64,000 nt of DNA from Mycoplasmatota bacterium (GCA_022771205.1 JALFCF010000003.1:269-64268), one strand, 5' to 3'. Counted from the stretch's first letter, positions 49,955-61,564 are shown. The notes: a model not told the origin generated them from the letters alone. A program made the numbers and translations.

Positions 49955-50386
49955 ATGAGATTAACAGAAATACAAAAAGAATTATTAAAGGAAGAAGAAA
50001 AAGAATTATGTAGAAAATTAGGAATGGGTATGGGAGATAATAATAGTCTTGAGGAAATCAGACAACTTATAAAAACAAGTGAGAAAATAGTACCAACAGA
50101 AAGTGAAAAAGTAGAGTCAGGAAAAGAATTTACAGTATCACTTGATTATGGCGATGATGACAAAGAAATTTTAACTGGCATTTTAGTAGAGGAAAGAACA
50201 ACTCTTATATCTAATAATAATAATTTGATTTCAGTTCAATCGCCACTTGGTCAAGCAATTCTTGGACAACCAATTGGAAAAGAATTTAATTATAATGTTC
50301 AAAAAACATTTCATGTTAGTGGAAGAATCTTAGATGCAAATATTCCAACTATTGAACGTGCTAAAGAAATAGTAAAAACTAAATAA
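49955..50386 (+). CDS. GreA/GreB-family transcription elongation factor-like protein
   Basis: C-terminal FKBP-like domain: ISVQSPLGQAILGQPIGKEF...SGRILDANIP. Confidence 0.55.
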   Translation: MRLTEIQKELLKEEEKELCRKLGMGMGDNNSLEEIRQLIKTSEKIVPTESEKVESGKEFTVSLDYGDDDKEILTGILVEERTTLISNNNNLISVQSPLGQAILGQPIGKEFNYNVQKTFHVSGRILDANIPTIERAKEIVKTK

Positions 50387-50442
50387 GAGAGATAAAAAGC
50401 CAAGAAACTTTGGAATAAATATAATACCTAAAACAAACATTA

Positions 50443-50468
50443 AAAAAGACATTTCTTGTCTTTTTTTT
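50443..50468 (+). terminator. rho-independent terminator
   Basis: aagac-atttctt-gtctt followed by T8. Confidence 0.5.
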
Positions 50469-50497
50469 AATTTTTCGATATAATGTAGGAGTCGTAA

Positions 50498-51631
<1,134 letters not shown>

Positions 51632-51699
51632 AAGTCCTACTTTTTATTTTTTGCAGAAATTTGATTAATGAGTATTAACTTGTTATAATAAAAACATAG

Positions 51700-53148
51700 A
51701 TGGGAGATAGCATGCGAGAAACAAAAAACGACTTAGTAGAACAAATAAAAAAAGAATTAAAAACATGGAATGAAGCAAAATCAAAATATTATAAATGTAC
51801 CAAAAAAGATATGAAAAACTTTTTAGCTAGCATCAAAGCAGGACACTATGACAAAATGTTAAATAATACTTATTACTATTCATTGAATTCATTAATATCT
51901 TGGCATAAATTACGTTTAGAAAGACAATCAAGGTGGCAACCAATGAGCCCAATCACAACAGAAAATTATGAAGTGTTTAAAGAAATTAAAAGAGTTTTAG
52001 GACATATCAATGATTTGATTAATAGTAATACAGTTGGTACTTATCATCAAACTCTTCCTACGAAAGAAGAATTACAAGAGATAATAGCTATTTACCAAAA
52101 TGTAATAATTACAGATTATTCGTATAATGAAACAGAGCAGGTAAAGAAAAGAATTAAAAAAATGAATATCTATGATAATAAAAAGTTCCCACATAACACA
52201 GAAGAATTATCAGCTATTTTCTTTCCACAAATTGTGAAGCTTTCTTCAAGATACGAAGGAAAATGTGTAGCAAAAAATATACAAACTATCAAAGATCCAG
52301 TACAAGAAATAAAAAATAGTATCTTAGAAGGAAATATAAGAGAGATATTTATAAATGATTGTCGAAGCAAAGAAGAGTGCTATATCAGAAGAATGATATT
52401 AAGCCAAATTGATATACCAGCTGCTATATATGAGAACTATTATTTTTTCTTCACATTAGCAATAGATATGGTAAGAAGTGCTTTGGAAGAAGGACTAGTA
52501 TTAGATGATGAATTACAAGATTTACTATGGAAAGATATTTATATAAGTAAGACAACAATATTCCCACTAGTAACAGCAGTTTTAACATCGTTAGAGCAGG
52601 AGCAAAAATCAATAAACATTATGGAAGAACTAAAAAAATCCCAAAAAGATAATAATTTTTCTGGAGACATAGTAACTAGAAAATATCAAAATAAAATTCA
52701 TGTAGATGGTATGATTACTATTTATTCTATGAATCCTGAAAATATTCCTTATTTTCTACAAAGCTTACAAAGTAAATATAACAGATTATATGAAGAAGGA
52801 ACGGATTATGAATTTATAGAAGGATGTATAGAAATTATGGGAGACTTGATGATATCGCAAATTTTTCTAGATGGAAATAAAAGGACAGCTAAATGTCTAT
52901 TTAATAAGATGTTGCTTTCACGAGGAATACTTCCTCCTGTAGTTGATTTAAATGAAGATGAATTGTCTTTATGGGATTCGTTTGTTAAAAGTAGAAATTT
53001 AAACTATATCAAGGCAAAAGAAAAAATACTTGAACAAACAAAAGAAATGGCATTACAATTTAAAGAAGGGTATTATGATAACAAAGTAATAGTATCAGAA
53101 GCAGCAGCTTCAAGACCCGATTTTTGTAATAAATATTATAGACGATAA
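51700..53148 (+). CDS. Fic/Doc-family-like protein with a degenerate core motif (Q in place of catalytic H)
   Basis: C-terminal segment ISQIFLDGNKRTAKCLFNKMLL resembles the Doc motif H-x-F-x-D-G-N-K-R-T-A, but His is replaced by Gln. Confidence 0.4.
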   Translation: MGDSMRETKNDLVEQIKKELKTWNEAKSKYYKCTKKDMKNFLASIKAGHYDKMLNNTYYYSLNSLISWHKLRLERQSRWQPMSPITTENYEVFKEIKRVLGHINDLINSNTVGTYHQTLPTKEELQEIIAIYQNVIITDYSYNETEQVKKRIKKMNIYDNKKFPHNTEELSAIFFPQIVKLSSRYEGKCVAKNIQTIKDPVQEIKNSILEGNIREIFINDCRSKEECYIRRMILSQIDIPAAIYENYYFFFTLAIDMVRSALEEGLVLDDELQDLLWKDIYISKTTIFPLVTAVLTSLEQEQKSINIMEELKKSQKDNNFSGDIVTRKYQNKIHVDGMITIYSMNPENIPYFLQSLQSKYNRLYEEGTDYEFIEGCIEIMGDLMISQIFLDGNKRTAKCLFNKMLLSRGILPPVVDLNEDELSLWDSFVKSRNLNYIKAKEKILEQTKEMALQFKEGYYDNKVIVSEAAASRPDFCNKYYRR

Positions 53149-53158
53149 GGAGAAAAAT

Positions 53159-53419
53159 ATGAGAGAAGTAAAAATACATGGAATTTATAAACATTTCAAG
53201 GGAAACTATTATTTAGTAGAAGAAATAGTAAAAAGCAGCGAAACATTAGAGGATATGGTAGTATATAGAAAACTATATGAAGATGGCACTTGCTGGGTAA
53301 GACCAATAACTGATTTTCTAGCAGAAGTAGATCATAATAAATATCCAAAAGTAAAGCAAAAGTATCGTTTTGAATTACAAGAAATAGAAAGTGTTATGGA
53401 TAAGTTTAACGGTGAATAA
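53159..53419 (+). CDS. DUF1653-family protein
   Basis: GIYKHFKGNYYLVEEIVKSSETLEDMVVYRKLYEDGTCWVRPI pattern. Confidence 0.5.
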   Translation: MREVKIHGIYKHFKGNYYLVEEIVKSSETLEDMVVYRKLYEDGTCWVRPITDFLAEVDHNKYPKVKQKYRFELQEIESVMDKFNGE

Positions 53420-53420
53420 T

Positions 53421-53894
53421 ATGGTTAAATTAGTAAAGTTTAAGGATATTACAAATGAAGAACTAGACAGAATTATTAATAAACATTACACCCACTGGAA
53501 ACAATTTAATCCAGCCTTAGATTTAGAAGAAACTATAAATAAATTTAAAAACCAGTTTACAAAAGAAGAAGGACTTCCAATTGGTTTTGCTTGCTATAAC
53601 AATAACACATTAGTTGGTTTTTGTACTTTACAAAAAAACAATCTAAAAAAATATCTAGAGATTTGTTCTTGGATTTGCAGTGTAATGATTTTTGAAGAAT
53701 ATCGTCATCAAGGATATGGTACAAAAATGTTACAAGAAATAGCTAATAAAGCAAAAGAATTAGGATATAACAAAGTATATTTATGGACAGATCAAGCTCC
53801 AGAATTTTATAAAAAGATAGGTTATACATATCTACAACAAGTAGAAAAAAATGAAGGTGGATATGGAGAATTATTCTATAAAGAGGTAGACTAA
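53421..53894 (+). CDS. GNAT family N-acetyltransferase
   Basis: HQGYGTKMLQEIANKAKELG motif. The ORF could extend to 53391. Confidence 0.6.
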   Translation: MVKLVKFKDITNEELDRIINKHYTHWKQFNPALDLEETINKFKNQFTKEEGLPIGFACYNNNTLVGFCTLQKNNLKKYLEICSWICSVMIFEEYRHQGYGTKMLQEIANKAKELGYNKVYLWTDQAPEFYKKIGYTYLQQVEKNEGGYGELFYKEVD

Positions 53895-54439
53895 TGAATA
53901 GATGTAGTTGGGTAAACTTAAATAATCCTTTATATATAAAGTATCACGATAACGAATGGGGACAACCTGTTTATGAAGATACTAAGTTATTTGAAATGTT
54001 ACTGTTAGAATCATTTCAAGCTGGTCTCTCATGGGAATGCATTTTAAATAAAAGAGAATCATTTAAAGAAGCTTTTGATAATTTTGATTATGAAAAGATT
54101 AGCAAATATGATGACAATAAAGTAAATAAGTTAATAGAAAACAAAAATATCATCAGAAACAAAAGAAAAATTACAGCAACGATAAAAAATGCCAAAATAT
54201 TCATGGAAATTCAGAAGGAATACAAAACTTTTTCTAACTATATATGGCATTTTACAAAAGGTAATGTGATATATGAGTATAATAAGACTACATCATCATT
54301 ATCAGATGAAATATCAAAAGATTTGTATAAACGAGGAATGAGATTTGTAGGAAGTACGATTATCTATTCTTATTTACAAGCAATAGGAATTATTAATTCA
54401 CATGATAACAAATGTTTTTTATATAAAGAAAGTAAGTAG
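53894..54439 (+). CDS. tag: DNA-3-methyladenine glycosylase I
   Basis: RCSWVN...YHDNEWGQPVYEDTKLFEMLLLESFQAGLSWECIL. Confidence 0.88.
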   Translation: MNRCSWVNLNNPLYIKYHDNEWGQPVYEDTKLFEMLLLESFQAGLSWECILNKRESFKEAFDNFDYEKISKYDDNKVNKLIENKNIIRNKRKITATIKNAKIFMEIQKEYKTFSNYIWHFTKGNVIYEYNKTTSSLSDEISKDLYKRGMRFVGSTIIYSYLQAIGIINSHDNKCFLYKESK

Positions 54440-54443
54440 ATAT

Positions 54444-54899
54444 ATGAAGAATGATTTAGATAGGTTTATAGAAGCTCAGAAAAATACTTATAACAGAGCT
54501 TTACAAGAAATAAAAAATGGTAAAAAAGAAAGTCATTGGATTTGGTATATCTTTCCTCAAATAAGAGGTTTAGGTCATAGTGAAAGAGCAAACTATTATG
54601 CAATTGAAGATATAGAAGAAGCAACAAACTACCTAAAAAATCCTATTTTATATGCTAGATTAATAGAAATATCAAAAGCATTACTAGAAGTAGAGGAAAA
54701 AACTGCTATCGAAATATTAGGATATGTAGATGCCATGAAAGTAAAATCATCTATGACCCTTTTTCATCTTGCAAATCCAGAAGAAAAAACATATATAGAA
54801 GTATTAAATAAATATTATCAAGGTGAAAAAGACGAAAAAACAATACAATTATTACAAAAAAATTATCAATATCAACAAAATAGAAAAAATATCATATAA
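54444..54899 (+). CDS. DUF1810-family protein
   Basis: RFIEAQKNTYNRALQEIKNGKKESHWIWYIFPQIRGLGHSERANYYAI. Confidence 0.5.
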   Translation: MKNDLDRFIEAQKNTYNRALQEIKNGKKESHWIWYIFPQIRGLGHSERANYYAIEDIEEATNYLKNPILYARLIEISKALLEVEEKTAIEILGYVDAMKVKSSMTLFHLANPEEKTYIEVLNKYYQGEKDEKTIQLLQKNYQYQQNRKNII

Positions 54900-54923
54900 A
54901 GAATAAAGAAAGTTGGTGACATC

Positions 54924-56546
54924 ATGAAAGGACAAAATATGTATCTTGCTTTTGGTAGTGAGATAATTTATGATGATGCTGAATTTAATATTGAAGAAAA
55001 AGATAAAGTAGGAGTCGTTGGAGTAAATGGAGCAGGGAAAACTACATTATTTAGAATCATTTTAAAAGAAGAACGACTAGATGGTGGTAAAGTAACTATT
55101 AATAATAAAAAAATAGGTTATCTACCTCAAGAAATTAGTTTTCAAGATAAAGAAATGAATGTCCTTGATTATCTTTATAGTGCTAGACCTATAGAAAAGT
55201 TAGAAAAAGAACTAAATAGTATATATGAAAAGTTACCAAATGAAGAAGAAAAATCACAAACAAAATTATTGAGAAGAGCGGAACAGATTCAAAACGAGTT
55301 GGATAGCTTACATCAATATACTGCAGAAGATGAACTTTTATCTTTAATAGAAAATATGAAAATAGAAAGTGAACTACTAGAGATGAAAGTAGGAGAATTA
55401 TCTGGAGGTCAAAAATCAAAGATTGCTTTTGCCAGACTACTTTTTTCTAATTCTGATATTTTACTTTTAGATGAACCAACAAATCATTTGGATATGAAAA
55501 CCAAAGACTTTGTTACTAACTATTTAAAGAATTATCATGGTATGGTATTAGTCATAAGTCATGATATTGATTTTCTAAATGAAGTAATTACTAAAACAAT
55601 GTTTATCAATAAAGTAACTCATAAAATAAAAGTTTACAAAGGAAACTATCATGAATTTAAAAGACTTTATGCTAACGAAATGTTGGAGAAAGAATTAAGA
55701 ATACAAGCACAGGAAAGAGAAATAAAAAAACTAGAAGAAGTAGTAAAAAAAGCAGAACAAGCATCTGCGACAAACCATAAGTTAAAGAAAATGGGCCAGT
55801 CACGAAAAAAACTACTAGAAAAAAAATTAGATGAGTTAGAAACCAGAGAGGAAAAATATAAAACAGTAACTATGAAAGTAGATCCACTAGAAAAAAGTGG
55901 TAAGATTCCTCTAGAAGTAGAAAACCTAACTTTTCATTATCCTAATAAAAAAGACTTATATAGAAAACTATCTTTTCAAATGTCTCGAGGAGAAAAATTT
56001 TTAATCGTAGGAGAAAATGGCGTAGGAAAAACTACACTTTTAAAATTAATTCTAGGTCAATTAAAACCAATTCAAGGAAAAGTAGAATATGGTTATCATG
56101 CAAGTATTGCTTACTATGCTCAAGAATTAGAAATATTAGATGAAGAAAAAACAATTTTAGAAAATATTGACAATCCAAACTATAACGATCAAGAATTAAG
56201 AACATTTTTAGGAAACTTTCTATTCTCTAATGATGACGTTTTCAAAAAAGTAAAAGTGTTATCCCCTGGAGAAAAAGCAAGAGTTGCACTATGTAAGATA
56301 TTAATTAAACGTACAAATATAATTATATTAGATGAACCAACGAACCATTTTGATCCAGAAACACAAGCAGTTATTGGAGAAAACTTTAAAAATTATACAG
56401 GAACTATTATCATGGTAAGTCACAATCCTTCATTTGTAGAACAAATAGGAGTAACAAGAATGCTAGTCTTACCAGAGGGAAAAATTATGGAGTATAGTAA
56501 AGAATTATTGCATTATTACTATTACTTAAATACAGAATTAGTATAA
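54924..56546 (+). CDS. ABC-F family ATPase (tandem ABC domains, no TM domain)
   Basis: Two Walker A/signature/Walker B sets (GVNGAGKTT...LSGGQKSK...LLLDEPTNHLD; GENGVGKTT...LSPGEKAR...IILDEPTNHFD), separated by a roughly 90-aa charged linker. Confidence 0.85.
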   Translation: MKGQNMYLAFGSEIIYDDAEFNIEEKDKVGVVGVNGAGKTTLFRIILKEERLDGGKVTINNKKIGYLPQEISFQDKEMNVLDYLYSARPIEKLEKELNSIYEKLPNEEEKSQTKLLRRAEQIQNELDSLHQYTAEDELLSLIENMKIESELLEMKVGELSGGQKSKIAFARLLFSNSDILLLDEPTNHLDMKTKDFVTNYLKNYHGMVLVISHDIDFLNEVITKTMFINKVTHKIKVYKGNYHEFKRLYANEMLEKELRIQAQEREIKKLEEVVKKAEQASATNHKLKKMGQSRKKLLEKKLDELETREEKYKTVTMKVDPLEKSGKIPLEVENLTFHYPNKKDLYRKLSFQMSRGEKFLIVGENGVGKTTLLKLILGQLKPIQGKVEYGYHASIAYYAQELEILDEEKTILENIDNPNYNDQELRTFLGNFLFSNDDVFKKVKVLSPGEKARVALCKILIKRTNIIILDEPTNHFDPETQAVIGENFKNYTGTIIMVSHNPSFVEQIGVTRMLVLPEGKIMEYSKELLHYYYYLNTELV

Positions 56547-56555
56547 GGAGGGAAT

Positions 56556-56780
56556 ATGGATAAAATAAAAGAACTAATACTTATCATTTTAGGAGGATTA
56601 ATTCTTCTAGCTATTCTTTGGTTTTTCTTCTTTGTAGCTTTACCAATCATTGCTATTATATTATTAATATTATTCATATACTTTTTTATTACAAAGAAAG
56701 TTTCATTTAAGAAGATAACAAAGAAAGTCAAAAAGAAAAAAGATGACATAAAAGACGCAGTAATTATAGAAGAAAAATAA
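56556..56780 (+). CDS. hypothetical small membrane protein
   Basis: 74 aa, two TM helices, K-rich tail. Confidence 0.3.
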   Translation: MDKIKELILIILGGLILLAILWFFFFVALPIIAIILLILFIYFFITKKVSFKKITKKVKKKKDDIKDAVIIEEK

Positions 56781-56857
56781 ATAATATGACTAGATTAAAA
56801 AGCATCTAGTTTTCTTTTTTTTCAAAAAAAGGTATAATAAAAAAGAAGGATGATAAT

Positions 56858-57802
56858 ATGAAAATTGCATTATTAGAAGATTTAGGTGTCTCTGATGAAT
56901 ATTTAGAGAAGCAAAAAGAAAAATTGGCAGAGAAAAATTACCAATTAATTATCTATAAAAAAGCAGATAAAATAGAAGAAAAAATAAACCAAGTAAAAGA
57001 TGCTGATGCCATTATTTTAGCAAATACTCCTCTAGAAGAAGATGTAATAAAACAGGCTAATAACTTAAAATTTATAGATGTAGCTTTTACCGGTGTAGAT
57101 CATATTCCAACAGACATATGTCATAAGAAAAATATTGTGATTAGTAACGCTTCTGGCTATGCAACTCATGCAGTTAGTGAATTGTGCGTTGGTTTTATGA
57201 TAGATTTATTACGTAATATTAAAGAAAATGAACAAAATTGTAGAACAAGAAAGACAAAATCTAAAACCATAGGAAATTTACTACACGGAAAGACAGTAGG
57301 AATTATTGGAGCCGGAAAAATAGGGCGAGAAGTAGCAAGAATTTTAAAAGCCTTTGGTTGTTATGTAATTGCATACAATAGAAGTAAAATAGAAGATGAA
57401 AACATTGATAAACAAACATCATTGGAAGAATTATTAAAAGAGTCAGATATAGTAACAATTCATTGCCCATTAACAAAAGAAACTGAAGGTTTAATAGGAA
57501 AAAAAGAATTTGACCAAATGAAAAAAAGTGCTATATTAATTAATACGGCAAGAGGAAAAATTGTAAATAATGAGGAACTAGCAAAAGCTTTGAATGATAA
57601 AAGTATTGCAGGTGCTGGTATAGACGTTTTTGATAAAGAACCACCAATTGAAATAAATTACCCATTATTCCATAGTCCAAATGTTATTGTAAGTCCGCAT
57701 ATTGGTTATGAAACTGTGGAATCTTTAGAACAAAGAGCGGACATTGTTTTTGATAATTTGTATGCTTGGATTGAGGAAAGTCCTAAAAACCAAATAAAGT
57801 AA
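56858..57802 (+). CDS. D-isomer-specific 2-hydroxyacid dehydrogenase (PGDH-like)
   Basis: NAD-binding GIIGAGKIGREVA. Catalytic R/E/H arrangement (NTARG...DV...SPHIGY). Confidence 0.85.
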   Translation: MKIALLEDLGVSDEYLEKQKEKLAEKNYQLIIYKKADKIEEKINQVKDADAIILANTPLEEDVIKQANNLKFIDVAFTGVDHIPTDICHKKNIVISNASGYATHAVSELCVGFMIDLLRNIKENEQNCRTRKTKSKTIGNLLHGKTVGIIGAGKIGREVARILKAFGCYVIAYNRSKIEDENIDKQTSLEELLKESDIVTIHCPLTKETEGLIGKKEFDQMKKSAILINTARGKIVNNEELAKALNDKSIAGAGIDVFDKEPPIEINYPLFHSPNVIVSPHIGYETVESLEQRADIVFDNLYAWIEESPKNQIK

Positions 57803-57813
57803 GGGAGTATAAA

Positions 57814-58257
57814 GTGAAAAGATATATATCTAAACGAGATGATAAATGTTATACTAATATGTTGAAAATTATAAATACAATTGGAGGAAGAAACTTAGAT
57901 TATAATTGGTTAATAACAGAAATAGAAACAAATACTGGAGACTATTTTTATGATCAATATATTATACTTAGTAATAATGAATTATTAGATAAATTAGAAA
58001 GTAATGAGATACAATGGATTTGGGGAAACTTTTCAGGAATTCCAACAAAATATAGTAAAAAAGAGATTTTAACTTCAAAGCTACCAGGGCTAGATAATAT
58101 TGACAAAAAGATTATTACTATTCAACATCCTTTAGCAGAAATAGAAATTATAGCTTATGATTCTACTTTTGTTCAAATTATTACTAAAGATGAAAATATA
58201 GCTAAGAATTTTAAAAAACTATATCCAAAATCTCAAAGTACTTTAGATGAAAAATAA
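57814..58257 (+). CDS. hypothetical protein
   Basis: 147-aa ORF. Confidence 0.35.
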   Translation: MKRYISKRDDKCYTNMLKIINTIGGRNLDYNWLITEIETNTGDYFYDQYIILSNNELLDKLESNEIQWIWGNFSGIPTKYSKKEILTSKLPGLDNIDKKIITIQHPLAEIEIIAYDSTFVQIITKDENIAKNFKKLYPKSQSTLDEK

Positions 58258-58290
58258 AAATTATCTCTTGTAAAAGCAGTAGGAGGAAGT

Positions 58291-58491
58291 ATGACTAAGA
58301 AGTTAATAACAGCAACAATTTTAATTATAATAGGAGAAGTATTATCACTTACTAGAGTATATTTTGCTGAAGCTATGAGTGGTGTGCCAGGTTTAATAAC
58401 AGGATTAATCTTAGTGGTTTCGATAATTTTAGAAATCATTGGAATTGTATTATTATTTATATGTATTGCTGAGTATGATAAAAAGAAATAG
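58291..58491 (+). CDS. hypothetical small membrane protein
   Basis: 66 aa, two TM helices, RBS GGAGGA. Confidence 0.3.
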   Translation: MTKKLITATILIIIGEVLSLTRVYFAEAMSGVPGLITGLILVVSIILEIIGIVLLFICIAEYDKKK

Positions 58492-58673
58492 GGTAGCTAT
58501 GTACAAAAAATAAATTTTATGATATAATATAGCAAATAGATTTTAAGGAGAGTGGATAACGTGAATGGTATTCTCTAATTTCTTTGTAAAAGAAGAAAAT
58601 AGAGGAGTAAATCCTGTGCTTATAATATTATCTGGAAAAAAATAAGATAAAATAAAAGAAAGCGAAGGAGAAA

Positions 58674-59237
58674 ATGTTAACGAAACAAAGGGTAAATAAA
58701 AGATTACCCGAATATCAAGAAATAAAAGAATTAATGAAACGTTCCTTTCCTGAAAATGAATTATATTCTATGTGCTTTTTAATGCTAGTATCAAAAATTA
58801 AAAAAGTAGATTTTTTAGCATATTATGACAATAATAATTTTATAGGTTATACTTATATAATTCAATCTAAAAAAGTAGCTTATATAATGTATCTCGCTGT
58901 GAATGACAAATTATATTCAAAAGGATATGGTAGTCAGATTTTACAAGATATAATAACTACAAATAAAGACAAGTCTATCGTTTTAGATATTGAACCAATT
59001 GATGAGAAGTGTAACAATCAGGAACAACGTAAGAAAAGATATAAGTTTTATTTAAAAAATGGTTTTAAAGAAACAGGGTATTTCGTAGAAGATATTGAAG
59101 ATGGTAGTGATTATCTTATTTTATCAACTACAGGGAATTTTCCTAAACAAGAATGTGAAAAATTATTAAGAGGACTATCATACGGAACATATAAGCGAAG
59201 ATATCAAAATAAAAAATTAAAGAAAAATAATCAGTAA
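58674..59237 (+). CDS. GNAT family N-acetyltransferase
   Basis: YLAVNDKLYSKGYGSQILQDI. Confidence 0.6.
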   Translation: MLTKQRVNKRLPEYQEIKELMKRSFPENELYSMCFLMLVSKIKKVDFLAYYDNNNFIGYTYIIQSKKVAYIMYLAVNDKLYSKGYGSQILQDIITTNKDKSIVLDIEPIDEKCNNQEQRKKRYKFYLKNGFKETGYFVEDIEDGSDYLILSTTGNFPKQECEKLLRGLSYGTYKRRYQNKKLKKNNQ

Positions 59238-59493
59238 TTTGAATTGTATGCTACTATAATAAAATATTTTTATTGATATACATTTTAAATATAAATGCAT
59301 TAGCATTAAAAAATTATATATAATTGTATGAAATAGAATAAATATTTCATGAAGTTTTTGGAGAAGAATAAAATAAAAAAGTCAGCTATATAAAAGCTGA
59401 CTTTTTACAGAGTGTTGAACTTTGTCAACACTCTGTAAAGTAAACAGTAATGTTTACTTTTTTTATGATAAAATGAATAGGAGAGGTGATAAT

Positions 59494-60816
59494 ATGAAAA
59501 AAGATAATTTTATCGTCGAATGTGAAGAGAGTCTCCCTTATATTAATGATCTAAAGTTAAAACTAAAGCAAGAATCTGATAGAATACTAAATTTTTTTGA
59601 ACTACAAGAATTAAAAAAAGCAAAGATAATAAAAATATGGACAAATAAAGAAGCATATCAACAGTATTTAGAACATTATGTAGATACATATTATGATTGG
59701 ATGTGTGCAGATACTTATGATGGTAATATCAATTTATTATCAATAGAAGAATGTAAAAAAACAGAAGCTCACAAGAATATGACATTAAAAGAAATGTTAG
59801 AAAATATTACTCATGAATTTGTACATGCATGTCAACAAGAAATAAATAAAGATTCCAAAAACGTAGAATGGTTTTGGGAGGCACTAGCAACCAATTTAGC
59901 GAATCCCTTTGACCATGTAGCTAGTATGCAATGTGAAGATGAGGAGTTAATCAATAATTTTAATGCTACTCCTTTCGCATATGAGATATGTTACACAATA
60001 GGTAAATATTTATTAGAAAACTATTCAAAAGAACAAATTTTAGAATATGTAAAACAACCAGAAAAACTCAGAAAAGAAGCTAAAACAATTTTTGCAGCAG
60101 AAAAAATCTGGTTTAATAAACAATATTTACCATTATCTAAAATAATAGAAAATAAAGACTTTGTAATTTATGGACCAAGTGATATTTCAGCAATTTCTAA
60201 AGATATATTGGATTTAATAACAAACAAAAAAGAAAAAATCCTACAACAATTTAAATTAGATTCTTTTAGAAAAATACAAATAAATTTATTTGATAATCAA
60301 GATATCTTTGTAAAATTTATAAAAAGTTTAAGATGGCAAGGCACAACAATACCACAATATTGTAAAGGAACATATGATAATTATATGGTTAATTTCTGTA
60401 TAGCAGATATGGATGTTAAATTAAAGATTAGTACTTTAAGTAGTAAAATTATTCATGAATGTATCCATATTATTTATAACAGTTTATCAGATCAAAGAAT
60501 TATATGGCTAGATGAAGGTTTAGCAATGAATCTATCTGGAGAAATGAATGATTTATTAGATAAAGAAGCTTTGATAAACTTAATTGAAACAAGAATAAAG
60601 CCAATGAAATTCCCAAAAGATTTAAATGATTTAATCCATGGTAGCAAGTTTGTAAATGATGATTATAATGGATACCCATTATCTTATTTATCTGTTAGAT
60701 ACTTATTAGAAACAAAAACAGATGAAGAATTATTACAAATGATAAAATTTAGTGAAAAAGCAAAAGAATTAGGACCAGAGATATTATCTAAGGCGATAAA
60801 TTACTATCAACAATAA
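59494..60816 (+). CDS. hypothetical protein with two tandem HExxH (peptidase-MA-like) modules
   Basis: ITHEFVHACQ...WFWEALATNL and IIHECIHIIY...WLDEGLAMNL. ATG at 59494 with an AGGAGAGGTG RBS. Confidence 0.45.
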   Translation: MKKDNFIVECEESLPYINDLKLKLKQESDRILNFFELQELKKAKIIKIWTNKEAYQQYLEHYVDTYYDWMCADTYDGNINLLSIEECKKTEAHKNMTLKEMLENITHEFVHACQQEINKDSKNVEWFWEALATNLANPFDHVASMQCEDEELINNFNATPFAYEICYTIGKYLLENYSKEQILEYVKQPEKLRKEAKTIFAAEKIWFNKQYLPLSKIIENKDFVIYGPSDISAISKDILDLITNKKEKILQQFKLDSFRKIQINLFDNQDIFVKFIKSLRWQGTTIPQYCKGTYDNYMVNFCIADMDVKLKISTLSSKIIHECIHIIYNSLSDQRIIWLDEGLAMNLSGEMNDLLDKEALINLIETRIKPMKFPKDLNDLIHGSKFVNDDYNGYPLSYLSVRYLLETKTDEELLQMIKFSEKAKELGPEILSKAINYYQQ

Positions 60817-60973
60817 AATAACACTATCAGTAAAATAAGGATTCATAAAAGAAGCTAAAAATGTAGCTTTTTTTATTTTGTAAATTCAGTTATAATAAAA
60901 ATAAAATATAATAAAACAAGTAGAATCAAAAGACTAAGAAGATTTCTATATCATAAGGTAAGAAGGTAAGAAG

Positions 60974-61564
60974 ATGTTAGAAACTATAACAACAAAAATA
61001 CAATATAATGCCGTGGTAATATTATCATATTTCTTTATTTGTTTAGTGATTTTAATATTAGATAAACTAGTACAAGGAAGATTAGTAAATAATCTGTTTT
61101 CAACAGGAAGAAATGATTCTTTATTAAATCCATTAACTTACTTTAAATTAATATCTCACTCATTAGGACATAGCAGTTGGGATCACTTGTACAATAATTT
61201 TTTAAAAATATTATTAATTGGTCCATTAATAGAAGAAAAATATGGTTCTTTGAATCTTTTAATAATGATAATATTAACCTCGTTAATAATAGGAATTATT
61301 AACCGAATATTTAGTAAAAATAGAATTCTTGGTGCTAGTGGAATAGCATATATGCTAATAGTATTATGTTCCTTTGTAAATATAGAATCTGGAAAAATTC
61401 CAATTACTGTAGTATTAATTATTTTATTTTTTGTAGTAGATGAAATTATAAATCTTCTAAAGAGAAAGAAAGATGGTATATCCCATCTAGGACATGTAAC
61501 AGGAGCAATCTGTGGAATATTATTAGGCATACTTAGTATGAATGGAATAAATATAATTAAATAA
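60974..61564 (+). CDS. rhomboid-family intramembrane serine protease
   Basis: GASGIAYML (catalytic Ser) and HLGHVTGAICG (catalytic His) in TM helices. Six TM helices. Confidence 0.6.
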   Translation: MLETITTKIQYNAVVILSYFFICLVILILDKLVQGRLVNNLFSTGRNDSLLNPLTYFKLISHSLGHSSWDHLYNNFLKILLIGPLIEEKYGSLNLLIMIILTSLIIGIINRIFSKNRILGASGIAYMLIVLCSFVNIESGKIPITVVLIILFFVVDEIINLLKRKKDGISHLGHVTGAICGILLGILSMNGINIIK

